A DNA stretch of 64,000 nt from an uncultured Chloroherpeton sp. Lineage in GTDB: Bacteria; Bacteroidota; Ignavibacteria; Kapaibacteriales; UBA2268. A program made the position numbers and the translations under genes. Below, one piece after another: positions 29,440 through 39,094 of the stretch. Where the stretch lies: the NCBI GenBank assembly GCA_964500435.1, contig CAZCNL010000003.1, forward strand, positions 40,664 to 104,663. Reading direction: 5' to 3'. The first letter of the stretch is position 1. Each line of letters starts with the position of its first letter. The notes beneath the pieces are model-generated. The model ran no database searches. It had not been told where the DNA came from and worked only from the letters and a program-made list of their open reading frames with translations.

Positions 29440-31794
29440 TTATTGCTGACCAAGATGGAAAAGGAATTGCCAACCTGAAGGTGCTTTCGAGGTATTAGTT
29501 GGGTCAAATCCGTAACCATAACTAAATCCAATCATACCAATTGGATTAATCAATAAATGTACACCAAGTCCAGCAGAGCGTTTCAAATCAAATGGATCTG
29601 TTTTTGCAAACGATTGCCAAACATTTCCTGCTTCGCCAAAAGCATAAACATAAATTGGCATTGGGTCTAAAGAAATTGCAAATCGCAGTTCTGCCGTATA
29701 TTTTGCCAATACGTAACTTCCATTATCACTACCAATTGATCTATCTTGATAACCACGTAAAGGAGTTACACCCCATCCACTCAAACCATTTCCGCCTAAA
29801 TAATATCGTTCGATTGGTGGGATTGTAGAAAGTGATTTAAAACTTGTTAAATAGCCCCATTTCGAACTCAACATAAATACTAATCTATCTTGCCCTTCGA
29901 TGGATAAAATAGGATTGAAAGAATCATAATTAAGTTCGGTTTTAAGATAATCTGTTGTTCCAATTCCTAAAGAACCTAATGCAAAATCGTTGCTTAATGA
30001 AAATCTTGAACCTACGGAAGGGAAAAATTGATTGTTAATACTAATTCTGGAATATTTTTGACTTAAAGTGATTTCAGTGCCAGGAACAAATAATGAAGAA
30101 GAGCCTTGACCAACATCATTGTACATCCATCGGAAACTCCAATCTCCACGCCAGTAATCATCAGGCCATTTAAATCTGCGACCCAAATTTACTGTAATAC
30201 CAGTTCTCCGCATACTGAAATAATAATTGTAGCGTGTGTCAAATAAATTGAAACCAATAGTTGTTGGCTCATCATTTAACCAAGGTTCTGTGAATCCTAA
30301 TGAAAATGTTTGGTATTGTGAAAATTGACCAAATTCCCAGTTAAATGAAAATATTTGACCAGCACCACCTTTAAGTGGTTCGGATAATGAAAAGTTATTA
30401 AATGAAAAGCCTATTGAGCCGGTTAAGCCAAATGTACCCGCAAAACCAATTGAGGCATTAAATGTATCAGTTGACCTTTCTTCGACATTGTAAATTATAT
30501 CGACGCTGGTATTATCAATTGCCGACGGTTGAACATCCGGTTTTAATTTTTCGGGGTTAAAGTAGTTCATTACACCTAATGCACGAATACTTCGAATTAT
30601 AGCAGAACGGTCGAAATAATCACCTGGACGTGTGTATAATTCTCTTCTAATTACTTTATCTTTTGTTTTTGTATTTCCAACTATGTCTACTTTGCCTATT
30701 TTATACCTTGTGCCTTCAAAAATCATAATTGTTAAATCTAATGAATCATCTGCAACTTTTTTCTCATTAGCAATTAAGCGGGCTTGTAAATAACCATTAT
30801 CTAAATATAAAGAAGCAGCATCAGTTTGGTCTTGATTTGCTTCAAGGTTTTGCTTTAATTTTCCATAATTGTATACATCACCTGGTTTGATATCAATTCT
30901 GCGTAGCAAAACTTCGTTAGAATACACACTATTACCGTCAAAATTGATTTTCCTAATAAAATATTGATTGCCTTCATTGACATTTATTGTAATGTCAACT
31001 TTACCCTCATTTTGGTCGTAAATAATCGTATCTTTAATTATTTCGGCATCAATAAAACCATGATTTTTGTAATAATCAATTAGCAATTTCTTATCATCTT
31101 GATATTTTTTATCGTCAAATTTACCAGATTTCCAAAATTGCCACCATTTTTTGATTTTAGTTTCTTCGAAAGAGCTTATTAAATCACTTGCATCGACTTT
31201 TTTATTTCCGATTATAGTGATTGAGCGTGTTTTGAAATGAGTGCCTTCATCAATAAAAAAGTGCAAATCGACGTAGTTTTTTAATTCAGTATACCGAATA
31301 TCCGGAGAAATTTTAGCAAAGAGTAATCCTTCATCGCTATATTTTTTTCTAAGAGCATTTTTAATTAATAGAGTATCATAATTAGAAATAATGTCGCCTT
31401 TAGTTTTATTGACTTCTTTTAATAAGTCCTTTGTGCTTATTGCATCATTTCCTTCGAAGAAAATTTCGTTTAATCTTGGGAATTCTTCAACTTTAATTAA
31501 CAGAAAAATGCCTGCATCTGTGATTTTGTCGATTAAAATTTCAATTTTATGGAATTGTTTTCTTTTCCATAGATTCAAAATGGCATTTTGAATTTTTGTT
31601 TCATTTGTTTGAGCAATCACATCTCCAACACGAAGTCCAGAGAGAGAAATAATTGTTTCAGCTGAAACAAAATTGTTGCCTTCAACACTTATACCAGCAA
31701 TAATAATAGGTTTAGCTTGCTCGGTTGGTAATTGAGCATAAGAAAAAAATGAATAAAAAATTAATAAAAAAACTAAAAATAATTTAACTTTCAT
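29440..31794 (-). CDS. bamA: Outer membrane protein assembly factor BamA
   Basis: POTRA repeats followed by an Omp85 beta-barrel. The listed ORF begins at 31875, but the likely start is the internal Met MKVKLFLVFLLIFYSFFSYA (signal peptide, Q at +1). That start overlaps the uppS stop by 11 nt. Confidence 0.85.
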   Translation of the reverse strand: MKVKLFLVFLLIFYSFFSYAQLPTEQAKPIIIAGISVEGNNFVSAETIISLSGLRVGDVIAQTNETKIQNAILNLWKRKQFHKIEILIDKITDAGIFLLIKVEEFPRLNEIFFEGNDAISTKDLLKEVNKTKGDIISNYDTLLIKNALRKKYSDEGLLFAKISPDIRYTELKNYVDLHFFIDEGTHFKTRSITIIGNKKVDASDLISSFEETKIKKWWQFWKSGKFDDKKYQDDKKLLIDYYKNHGFIDAEIIKDTIIYDQNEGKVDITINVNEGNQYFIRKINFDGNSVYSNEVLLRRIDIKPGDVYNYGKLKQNLEANQDQTDAASLYLDNGYLQARLIANEKKVADDSLDLTIMIFEGTRYKIGKVDIVGNTKTKDKVIRRELYTRPGDYFDRSAIIRSIRALGVMNYFNPEKLKPDVQPSAIDNTSVDIIYNVEERSTDTFNASIGFAGTFGLTGSIGFSFNNFSLSEPLKGGAGQIFSFNWEFGQFSQYQTFSLGFTEPWLNDEPTTIGFNLFDTRYNYYFSMRRTGITVNLGRRFKWPDDYWRGDWSFRWMYNDVGQGSSSLFVPGTEITLSQKYSRISINNQFFPSVGSRFSLSNDFALGSLGIGTTDYLKTELNYDSFNPILSIEGQDRLVFMLSSKWGYLTSFKSLSTIPPIERYYLGGNGLSGWGVTPLRGYQDRSIGSDNGSYVLAKYTAELRFAISLDPMPIYVYAFGEAGNVWQSFAKTDPFDLKRSAGLGVHLLINPIGMIGFSYGYGFDPTNTSKAPSGWQFLFHLGQQ

Positions 31795-32608
31795 TATTTT
31801 TACCGGTATTTGAATAGTTGGGTGCAAAATTTTGCGTTCTAATTTGTTTAGATGTTTTTCCAAATCTTCTTTCACGAAGCATAAAGCTATTTATTGCATC
31901 ATACAAATCATTTCGTCGAAAATCAGGCCAGTACTTTTCTGTGATAAAAAATTCACCATAAGCCATTTCCCATAACATAAAATTGCTTAACCTTAGTTCA
32001 CCCGAAGTTCTAATTAATAAGTCAACATCTGGTAAATCTTTTGTTGTTAAATATGAAGAGAATAATTTTTCATTTATATCTTCGGGAGAAAGTTTACCAC
32101 TTCTTGCATCAAGAGCTAATAATTGAACGGCACGAACAATATCCCAACGCCCGCTATAACTTAAAGCTAAAGTCATAGTTAATCCGGTATTTTTACTTGT
32201 TTTTTCAATTGCTTCGTATAGTAATGTTTGTACGCTCATTGGCAAAGAGTTTGTTTTCCCGATTGTTTTAATACGTACTTTATTTTTATGTAATTCATCA
32301 ACTTCCTTGCGAAGATAATATTCAAGAAGTAACATCAAACCATTTACTTCTTCGACAGGTCGATTCCAATTTTCAATAGAAAAAGAGTATAGAGTTAAAT
32401 ATTCAATGCCAATTTGCGAACATGCTTTTACAATATCACGAACGCTTTCAATACCCATACGATGACCTTCGAGCCTATTCAAATTTTTTGATTCAGCCCA
32501 TCGACCATTTCCATCCATTATAATGCCAATATGTTGAGGTAATTTGCCTTTTGTTTTTAAAGTATCTTGAATATTACTATCTTCGGGGGTTAATTCGTTA
32601 ATCCACAT
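31784..32608 (-). CDS. uppS: Isoprenyl transferase (undecaprenyl-diphosphate synthase)
   Basis: HIGIIMDGNGRWA motif and ...RTSGELRLSNFMLWE motif of cis-prenyltransferases. Synteny upstream of bamA. Confidence 0.9.
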   Translation of the reverse strand: MWINELTPEDSNIQDTLKTKGKLPQHIGIIMDGNGRWAESKNLNRLEGHRMGIESVRDIVKACSQIGIEYLTLYSFSIENWNRPVEEVNGLMLLLEYYLRKEVDELHKNKVRIKTIGKTNSLPMSVQTLLYEAIEKTSKNTGLTMTLALSYSGRWDIVRAVQLLALDARSGKLSPEDINEKLFSSYLTTKDLPDVDLLIRTSGELRLSNFMLWEMAYGEFFITEKYWPDFRRNDLYDAINSFMLRERRFGKTSKQIRTQNFAPNYSNTGKNNES

Positions 32609-32890
32609 TTTTTACCTAAAAAATATTAAAGTAGAAAATTGTTTTATCTACCTCCAATATAAATAAAATGCTAAATTAAATAAATTTTTTTTATTTATAA
32701 TTATTTTTTTTCAAAATTTTATAATGTGATTAAATCAATGTAGTAATATTGTTACATAAATATGTAGAATATAATATTGCGAGAATATAAATATTATGAA
32801 AATATCTTAATTAAAATTATTGTTTATAGAAAATAATATCGTAAATTTGTATTTATAACTTAAATATATTTAATTATTTATAGGTTTTAT

Positions 32891-33594
32891 ATGTTCAAAA
32901 ATACTTCTATTTTTGTAAGAATAATAGCAATCATTGTACTTAGCAATGCATTATTCATTTTGTTTGTATTTATATTTACGCTACCAAATATCAAAACAGG
33001 AATTTTTGATGAACGAAAACAATCTTTGAAAAATCCTGTCGAAATGGTTTATTCTCTACTTGACAGTTTAAATAATAAAGTAGTCTTAGGCCAGTTAACT
33101 TTAGAGGAAGCAAAAATAAAGGCTATCGAAACAGTTCCGAAATTAAAATACGATGATGGTAAAAACTACGTTTGGCTTCATAATTCACAAAATATTTTTA
33201 TTGTCCATCCTAATAAAAAACTAATAAATAAAGATATGTCTGATGCTTCAGATAATAACGGAGTTAAATATATTGCTGAGATGACAAAAGTAGCATTAGC
33301 AAATGGTGATGGTTATGTATCTTACAGTTTTCCAAAACCAACAGATTTGGAACATCCGCTACCCAAAATTTCATAAGTTAAATATTTCAAACAATGGGAT
33401 TTAGTCATAGGAACAGGGACTTGGGTTGATGACGTAGAAAATCACATTTCTTCAATTACTAACTCAATTATTTTCGGAAGTGTAATAATAGTAATTTTGT
33501 CAATATTGTTAGGCATTTTTATTAGTTTATCAATAATTAGACCTTTAAAACGTGCTGTTACATCAATTCATAACATTGCAGAAGGCAATTTTTA
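32891..33594 (+). pseudogene. Methyl-accepting chemotaxis protein remnant: N-terminal TM + sCache-like sensor + TM + start of HAMP, interrupted by an in-frame TAA and truncated
   Basis: ORF 32891..33376 encodes a TM helix and a Cache-like sensor (YVWLHNSQNIFIVHPN...GDGYVSYSFPKP). An in-frame TAA at 33374..33376 is followed, in the same frame, by VKYFKQWDLVIGTGTWVDDVE (the canonical Cache C-terminus), a second TM helix and the start of a HAMP (IAEGNF). Translation then stops at 33594. No MA signalling domain follows before the next gene at 33660. Confidence 0.7.
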
Positions 33595-33659
33595 AATTAT
33601 ACTAATTAATAAAGTAAATTAATTATAAATATTTTAAACCAACTAAAAAAGGAATTTTT

Positions 33660-34940
33660 ATGAAAAAATCATCTTCTTTGTTCTTTTTGCTTTTTGCAAC
33701 GATTTACATTTCGTTTGCTCAGACCAATGACACGAAATTTGGAATTAATTTAGGCGGATATCTAAAAACTGATATGTTTTACGATACAAGACAAAGTTTA
33801 GTTTTAAGAGAAGGGCACGTGTTGTTTTATCCATTACCAGTTTCTTTAGATGCAAATGGAAAAGATTTAAATGCGAATGGAAGTTTTAATATTTTATCAA
33901 TCCAATCAAGAGTATGGGGTAAAATTACAGCACCTGATGCATTTGGTGCTCAGAGTAGTGGTTATTTAGAAGGTGAGTTTTATGGTACATCTGATGGAGA
34001 TGTTAATGGTTTTAGGTTACGTCATGCATTTTTGACATTAAAATGGGAAACAACTGAATTATTAGTTGGACAAACTTGGAATCCTATGTTTCAAACTGAC
34101 TGCTTTGCGGGAGTAATTTCCTTTAATACAGGTTTTCCTTTTCAACCATTTGGTCGAAATCCGCAAGTCAGATTAAAACAATCATTTGGTGCTCTGAATT
34201 TATATTTAACCGCTTTAACTCAAAGGGACTTCAACAGTCCTGGACCAAATGGATTTTCGTCAAGTTATTTGAGAAATGCAATTGTTCCGGAATTAAATGC
34301 TAAAATTGAATATTCAACGAAAAGTCAAAACGAAGATTTATTATTTGGTGCAGCAAGCAGCTACAAGTCACTGGTTCCGAGACAAAAAAATTCCAAAAAT
34401 GTTGAAGTAACCGACGAAAAAGTCAATAGTTTCGAAGCAACTGGATATTTCAAATATAGAACAGACCCAATTGAATTTAGATTACAGGGCTTTTACGGAC
34501 AAAACGCCGCTGATTTGATGCAAATAGGAGGATATGCCGTAAAAAAGACTACAGATCAAGCTAAAATAACAAATGATTTATGGGAATATACTCCTTTTAA
34601 TGTAGTTAGTGGTTGGACAGAGATAATATCATTATTTCCAACAAGTTATGGTAAATTTGAACTTGCTGTTTTTGGAGGATATTCAAAAAATTTGGGTACA
34701 TCTGATGAAATTATGGGTGATGGTTTACAAAGTTCTTATATTTTTGCAAGGAATTCTAATATTGACGATTTAATTCGTGTATCACCGAGAATTGCTTTTT
34801 CATCAGGTAAAACAAAATTTGCGTTCGAAACTGAATATACAGCAGCCAAATATGGGATTAATGACAAAGATGGAAAAGTAAACAATGGGGAAAGTGTTTC
34901 CAATATTAGATTTCTTTTGGCAGCATTTATTTTCTTTTAA
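33660..34940 (+). CDS. Outer-membrane beta-barrel protein, porin-like (hypothetical)
   Basis: Signal peptide with Q at +1, alternating beta-strand amphipathic pattern, and an aromatic C-terminus (FIFF) typical of OMP beta-barrels. Confidence 0.55.
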   Translation: MKKSSSLFFLLFATIYISFAQTNDTKFGINLGGYLKTDMFYDTRQSLVLREGHVLFYPLPVSLDANGKDLNANGSFNILSIQSRVWGKITAPDAFGAQSSGYLEGEFYGTSDGDVNGFRLRHAFLTLKWETTELLVGQTWNPMFQTDCFAGVISFNTGFPFQPFGRNPQVRLKQSFGALNLYLTALTQRDFNSPGPNGFSSSYLRNAIVPELNAKIEYSTKSQNEDLLFGAASSYKSLVPRQKNSKNVEVTDEKVNSFEATGYFKYRTDPIEFRLQGFYGQNAADLMQIGGYAVKKTTDQAKITNDLWEYTPFNVVSGWTEIISLFPTSYGKFELAVFGGYSKNLGTSDEIMGDGLQSSYIFARNSNIDDLIRVSPRIAFSSGKTKFAFETEYTAAKYGINDKDGKVNNGESVSNIRFLLAAFIFF

Positions 34941-34963
34941 AAATCCATAAGTATTTTTTTAAG

Positions 34964-34996
34964 CAAGAGGTAGTGTATTCTACCTCTTTTTTTATT
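34964..34996. terminator. Intrinsic terminator between convergent genes
   Basis: Stem CAAGAGGTAG/CTACCTCTT with a 6-nt loop, followed by TTTTTTTATTTT. Confidence 0.65.
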
Positions 34997-35090
34997 TTGC
35001 AATTGAAAAAAAGCTAATTCATTTGAGATTTTGGATAAAATATTGAAAAAAAAATGTTTTCTCAAAATATTATTTTGAGAAAAATAAGAA

Positions 35091-35142
35091 ATTTATTGAG
35101 TAAATTTATTGAGTAAATTTATTGAGTAAATTTATTGATAAA
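35091..35142. repeat. 13-bp direct tandem repeat (ATTTATTGAGTAA) x3 perfect + 1 degenerate copy
   Basis: Read directly in the sequence. The last copies overlap the final 7 codons and stop of the minus-strand DUF2461 gene. Confidence 0.8.
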
Positions 35143-35787
35143 ATTGATTAAAGGTTGAATTGCTTCAAAAATTATCAGTGTTTTATCAATAATGTCATCA
35201 GACAAAAGCTCTTTATCAGAAATTGAAGCCATAGCAACGAAACTTTTATATTTCAAGAAATCGGCAGCTGGACTTTCCTGTGAAAATCCCTTTGGAACTC
35301 GAATTAATTTCATCCCGTCATCTGAACTTAGTTCGCCAAAAATATTTTGAAAATTATCATTAAAAATGATATCTTCAAATTCTTCAAAATTACCTTCTAT
35401 GGCATAGCGCAATTTGGCAAGGATTTTTGGTTCGGGCATATAAATTCCACCACCGGCAAAAGTACTACCCGGTTGTAGGTGAAAATAATATCCGGCTGTA
35501 TTCCAAGCTTTTCGTCCAGATTTATTGATACTTGCCCCAAAATTGATTTTATATGGAGTTTTATCTTTAGAAAATCGAACATCTTTATTAATCCGAAAAA
35601 TGCAATCTTTTGCTGTCAAATGCATAATTGAGTTATCATTTCCGGAGTGGATATTAATTACTTGTTGTATAAATGTATGAAAATTGTTCTTCGCATTTTC
35701 GTAGTCATCTTTATGCTGTGAAAACCAATCTTTGTTATTATTTTGATTTAGCTCTTCTAAGAAGCTGATTGTAGAACTTTTAATCAT
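35119..35787 (-). CDS. DUF2461 (TIGR02453) family protein
   Basis: N-terminal LEELNQNNNKDWFSQHKDDYE region and ~220 aa length, characteristic of the TIGR02453 family. Confidence 0.6.
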   Translation of the reverse strand: MIKSSTISFLEELNQNNNKDWFSQHKDDYENAKNNFHTFIQQVINIHSGNDNSIMHLTAKDCIFRINKDVRFSKDKTPYKINFGASINKSGRKAWNTAGYYFHLQPGSTFAGGGIYMPEPKILAKLRYAIEGNFEEFEDIIFNDNFQNIFGELSSDDGMKLIRVPKGFSQESPAADFLKYKSFVAMASISDKELLSDDIIDKTLIIFEAIQPLINFINKFTQ

Positions 35788-36011
35788 TAATTTCTATTTT
35801 TTTCAAATAAGCACGACGATAAATTTTTATATTTTGTGTAATTCTTATAAAACAAGTGCGAGGAAAAATGCTAAGATTATAAATAAAAAAGTAAAAATCA
35901 TTAAAAAGGTATTATCCTTTTTAGTATTTTTAGCCCCCCGTAGTTATTTAATTTTGTTTGTGATTGTGGGAATCACTTACCTATATAGTTAGGTAACTTT
36001 TTGCTGCAGAG

Positions 36012-36698
36012 TTAATTTTTTGTTATGTCGTTTTCTGCAAGTTGTTTGTTTAATACCATTTTTACAAGTCCAATAGTTGTTTTAGCCCCATATTTAGCCA
36101 TAATATTGCGTTTATGAGTTTCAACTGTACGAGGGCTAAGATTCAACTTGTCGGCAATTTCTGGAATATTTTTTTCTTCTACCAGCATTTTTAAGATTTC
36201 TTTTTCTCTATCAGTTAAATCTGTTGAATTTTGGATATAAGTTGTGTATTCTTCAGTTTGAGCCTCTTCTTGAATAAGCATATTCAAGCATTCACGTGAA
36301 TAATATTTATCTCCAAAGCTTACGGTTTCTATTGCTTGCATCGTTTCTTCTATGTTTGCTGACTTGAAAAGAAATCTTTTTGCTCCTATTTGAAAACATT
36401 CCACTATAACCTTCCTGCTATTAATTGCAGTGAGAAAAATAAGTTGTGTGTTTGGATATTTTTCTAAAATTTCTTTACCAACTTCGAGACCATTGGAATC
36501 AGGCAAAAGTATATCGAGGAGAATAATGTCAATTTTTTGCTTTTTAATTACTTCCATTATTCCTTTTTTTGAGTATGCAGTATAAATTTTACCAAATTTC
36601 ATAGAATCATCTAAGTAAGCTTTTAGCAAATTAGCCACAACTTTATGATCATCTGCAATTAAAATCCCAAGTTCTTTAAATTGCTCGTTACTGACCAT
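36012..36698 (-). CDS. Two-component response regulator, NarL/LuxR family (REC + HTH_LuxR)
   Basis: Receiver domain with acidic pocket (ADDH), phospho-acceptor Asp (LLDI) and conserved Lys. C-terminal LuxR-type HTH (LTDREKEILKML...IADKLNLSPRTVETH). Confidence 0.8.
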   Translation of the reverse strand: MVSNEQFKELGILIADDHKVVANLLKAYLDDSMKFGKIYTAYSKKGIMEVIKKQKIDIILLDILLPDSNGLEVGKEILEKYPNTQLIFLTAINSRKVIVECFQIGAKRFLFKSANIEETMQAIETVSFGDKYYSRECLNMLIQEEAQTEEYTTYIQNSTDLTDREKEILKMLVEEKNIPEIADKLNLSPRTVETHKRNIMAKYGAKTTIGLVKMVLNKQLAENDITKN

Positions 36699-37229
36699 AT
36701 TTAGCTCCTATGATTGATTTAATTTATTTTAATTAAAAAAGATTAATAATTGATTTTAGAATAGATAGTATAAAATTAAATCAAGTCAATTAAAAAATTT
36801 TTTAATAAATATAATATTTTAGTTTTCAATTATTATGTAATTCAAATCTACGAAATAAATTTGAAATAAAAAGGGGTAATAATATATTTTTTATCAATTT
36901 TTTATTTAAACCTATATTATTTTTATTCAATCGAGTAAATTTGTTATCGTAGCGAATTATATATAAAATTCAAGTAGTGAAAAATTAACTGACTATTTTA
37001 ATAAAATAAACATTTGAATTTTATAAGTTTTATTAAATAAGACAAAAATATTAATTATAATCAACTAAATATTTAGATAAAATTAATTTGATAATTTTTT
37101 TGAAATAATGAACTCAAATTTGTGGATAACTTTTCTTCATAACCAAAAGCATCAATAATACTTCTGGCATATTAGTTGTGAAATACTACTTTTATTAAAA
37201 TTTGGAGAATATTATCAAGGATTTTACTA
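36699..37229 (+). promoter_or_regulatory. Long AT-rich intergenic leader between divergent response-regulator gene and fliP (promoter region, unresolved)
   Basis: About 530 bp with no ORF and many stops in all frames. It must hold the promoters for both divergent units. No specific -10/-35 or sigma-28 site is assigned. Confidence 0.3.
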
Positions 37230-38024
37230 ATGCTTCTTGAGAAATATCGATATTTCACCAAGTTATTGGCTATTATTAGTCTTTGCTTTTTTTTAGCAAC
37301 GCCATTTGGATTTGCTGAGCAATTGCCGAAAAATAGTATGCCAATCCCAAAGCTTTCGATTAACGTTGATATGGCAGATAAATCTAATGATTTGGTGTTA
37401 ACTCTTCAAATTCTTGCAATAATGACTGTTTTAACGCTTGCACCATCAATATTAGTTATGATGACAAGCTTCACAAGAATTATTGTAGTATTTCATTTTT
37501 TGAAACAAGCCCTTGGCACTGCTACTCAACCACCATCTCAGGTTTTGACCGGACTTGCTTTGTTTTTGACTTTTTTCGTTATGCAGCCAGTTTTAAATGA
37601 AGCGAATCAAAAGGGAATACAACCATATTTAAGAGAAGAAATAACCCAACAACAAGCAGTGGATAATATTATCCAACCTTTCAGAAAATTTATGCTTAAA
37701 CACACTCGTGAAGAAGATTTAGGACTTTTCATCAAATTAAGTGGTGCAAATAAACCAAGAACAATTGATGATGTTTCTACTATGACAATTATACCAGCAT
37801 ATACTATTTCGGAATTGAAAATTGCTTTTCAAATTGGATTTTTATTATTTATTCCTTTTTTAGTTTTAGATATGATTATCGCAAGTACATTAATGTCTTT
37901 AGGTATGTTTTTGTTGCCACCGCAACTAATTTCATTACCGATAAAAATCCTATTGTTTATTTTAGTTGATGGATGGAATTTATTAATAACTTCATTAATG
38001 AATAGTATAATGAAAACAGGATAA
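37230..38024 (+). CDS. fliP: Flagellar biosynthetic protein FliP
   Basis: Cleavable signal region plus four TM helices, with conserved ...GTATQPPSQVLTGLALFLTFFVMQPV... and ...IPFLVLDMIIASTLMSLGM... blocks. Confidence 0.9.
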   Translation: MLLEKYRYFTKLLAIISLCFFLATPFGFAEQLPKNSMPIPKLSINVDMADKSNDLVLTLQILAIMTVLTLAPSILVMMTSFTRIIVVFHFLKQALGTATQPPSQVLTGLALFLTFFVMQPVLNEANQKGIQPYLREEITQQQAVDNIIQPFRKFMLKHTREEDLGLFIKLSGANKPRTIDDVSTMTIIPAYTISELKIAFQIGFLLFIPFLVLDMIIASTLMSLGMFLLPPQLISLPIKILLFILVDGWNLLITSLMNSIMKTG

Positions 38025-38028
38025 AATT

Positions 38029-38292
38029 ATGACAGAGACAATGGTAATTAATTTAGTAAAGGAAGCATTTTATTATACTTTAATTATTGCTGGACCAATT
38101 TTATTGATTTCTCTTATTGTTGGTTTGGTGATTTCTATTTTTCAAGCAGCAACTTCAATTTCTGAACAAACATTGACATTTGTGCCGAAATTAGTAGCTG
38201 TGTTCCTTATTATTTTAATTATTCTGCCTTTTATTATAACTCAATTAAAAGACTTTACAATACGAATTTTTACAATGATTCAAAATATGTGA
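38029..38292 (+). CDS. fliQ: Flagellar biosynthetic protein FliQ
   Basis: 87 aa, two TM helices, in the conserved position after fliP. Confidence 0.85.
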   Translation: MTETMVINLVKEAFYYTLIIAGPILLISLIVGLVISIFQAATSISEQTLTFVPKLVAVFLIILIILPFIITQLKDFTIRIFTMIQNM

Positions 38293-38296
38293 AATT

Positions 38297-39094
38297 ATGT
38301 TAGATTCCACAACTATAAGCATTTTATTGAATAAATTCTTGGTAGGATTAATGATATTTCTTAGAGTTAGTGGATTTTTGTTTGCTTCGCCAATGTTCCA
38401 ACAATCGGCAATAATTTCGCAAGTAAAAGTAATGTTCGGAATTCTATTAACGTTGATTTTAACTACTGCTTTTTGGCAAGAGCAACCAAGTTTAGAGCTT
38501 CACCCTTGGGTTTTAGCAATTTTAGCATTCAAAGAAATAATGATTGGTGTAGCAATTGGTTTTTCTGCGCAACTTGTATTTTTTGCCGCACGATTTGCTG
38601 GTGGTTTGATAGATTTTGATATGGGTTATCATACTTCAATATTATTTGACCCTGTTTCTACAACTCCGACCTTGATTGGCGAACTCAAAGAATTAATAGT
38701 ATTAATGGTATTTTTATTAATAAATGGACATCATTATTTATTGGAAGCATTACTTGTAAGTATGAAAGCAGTTCCTATTGGTACTTTTGCCGTAACAGAA
38801 AGCACTGTTAAACTTTTAGGTGAATTTGCTACTTCAATCTTTATTGTGGCAATAAAAATATCAGCACCTGTGCTATTATCATTATTTATAACAAATTTGG
38901 CACTTGCATTACTTGCGAGAATCGCTCCTCAAACGAATATTTTTGTTTTAAGTTTTCAGTTAAAAGTTGCAGTTGGATTAATATTACTTTTTGTTACTGT
39001 TCCTTTTTTCATTTATGCTGCGAAATATTCTCTTGAAAGTTTCCAAGATTTGACTATGAAGATTTTATTATCACTAAATCCAGGGAGAGTGTAA
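38297..39094 (+). CDS. fliR: Flagellar biosynthetic protein FliR
   Basis: 265 aa polytopic membrane protein between fliQ and flhB. Confidence 0.85.
   Translation: MLDSTTISILLNKFLVGLMIFLRVSGFLFASPMFQQSAIISQVKVMFGILLTLILTTAFWQEQPSLELHPWVLAILAFKEIMIGVAIGFSAQLVFFAARFAGGLIDFDMGYHTSILFDPVSTTPTLIGELKELIVLMVFLLINGHHYLLEALLVSMKAVPIGTFAVTESTVKLLGEFATSIFIVAIKISAPVLLSLFITNLALALLARIAPQTNIFVLSFQLKVAVGLILLFVTVPFFIYAAKYSLESFQDLTMKILLSLNPGRV

Noticed and set aside
29440-31875. BamA starting at 31875 with a 27-aa leader MKEDLEKHLNKLERKILHPTIQIPVKI.
   Set aside because: That extension is hydrophilic and would bury the signal peptide. Starting at the Met of MKVKLFLVFLL (31794) gives a canonical signal peptide and a typical 11-nt overlap with uppS.
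33377-33594. A possible separate small gene after the 32891..33376 ORF.
   Set aside because: In the same frame it continues the Cache sensor exactly where the TAA interrupts it. It is therefore part of one disrupted MCP gene, not an independent ORF.
35091-35142. Tandem repeat as a possible CRISPR-like array.
   Set aside because: The 13-bp units are directly adjacent with no spacers and there are only about four copies. This is a simple tandem repeat.
36699-37229. A small fliO gene hidden in the long leader upstream of fliP.
   Set aside because: All three forward frames are riddled with stop codons. The only Met-initiated frame near fliP is 16 codons long and not hydrophobic.
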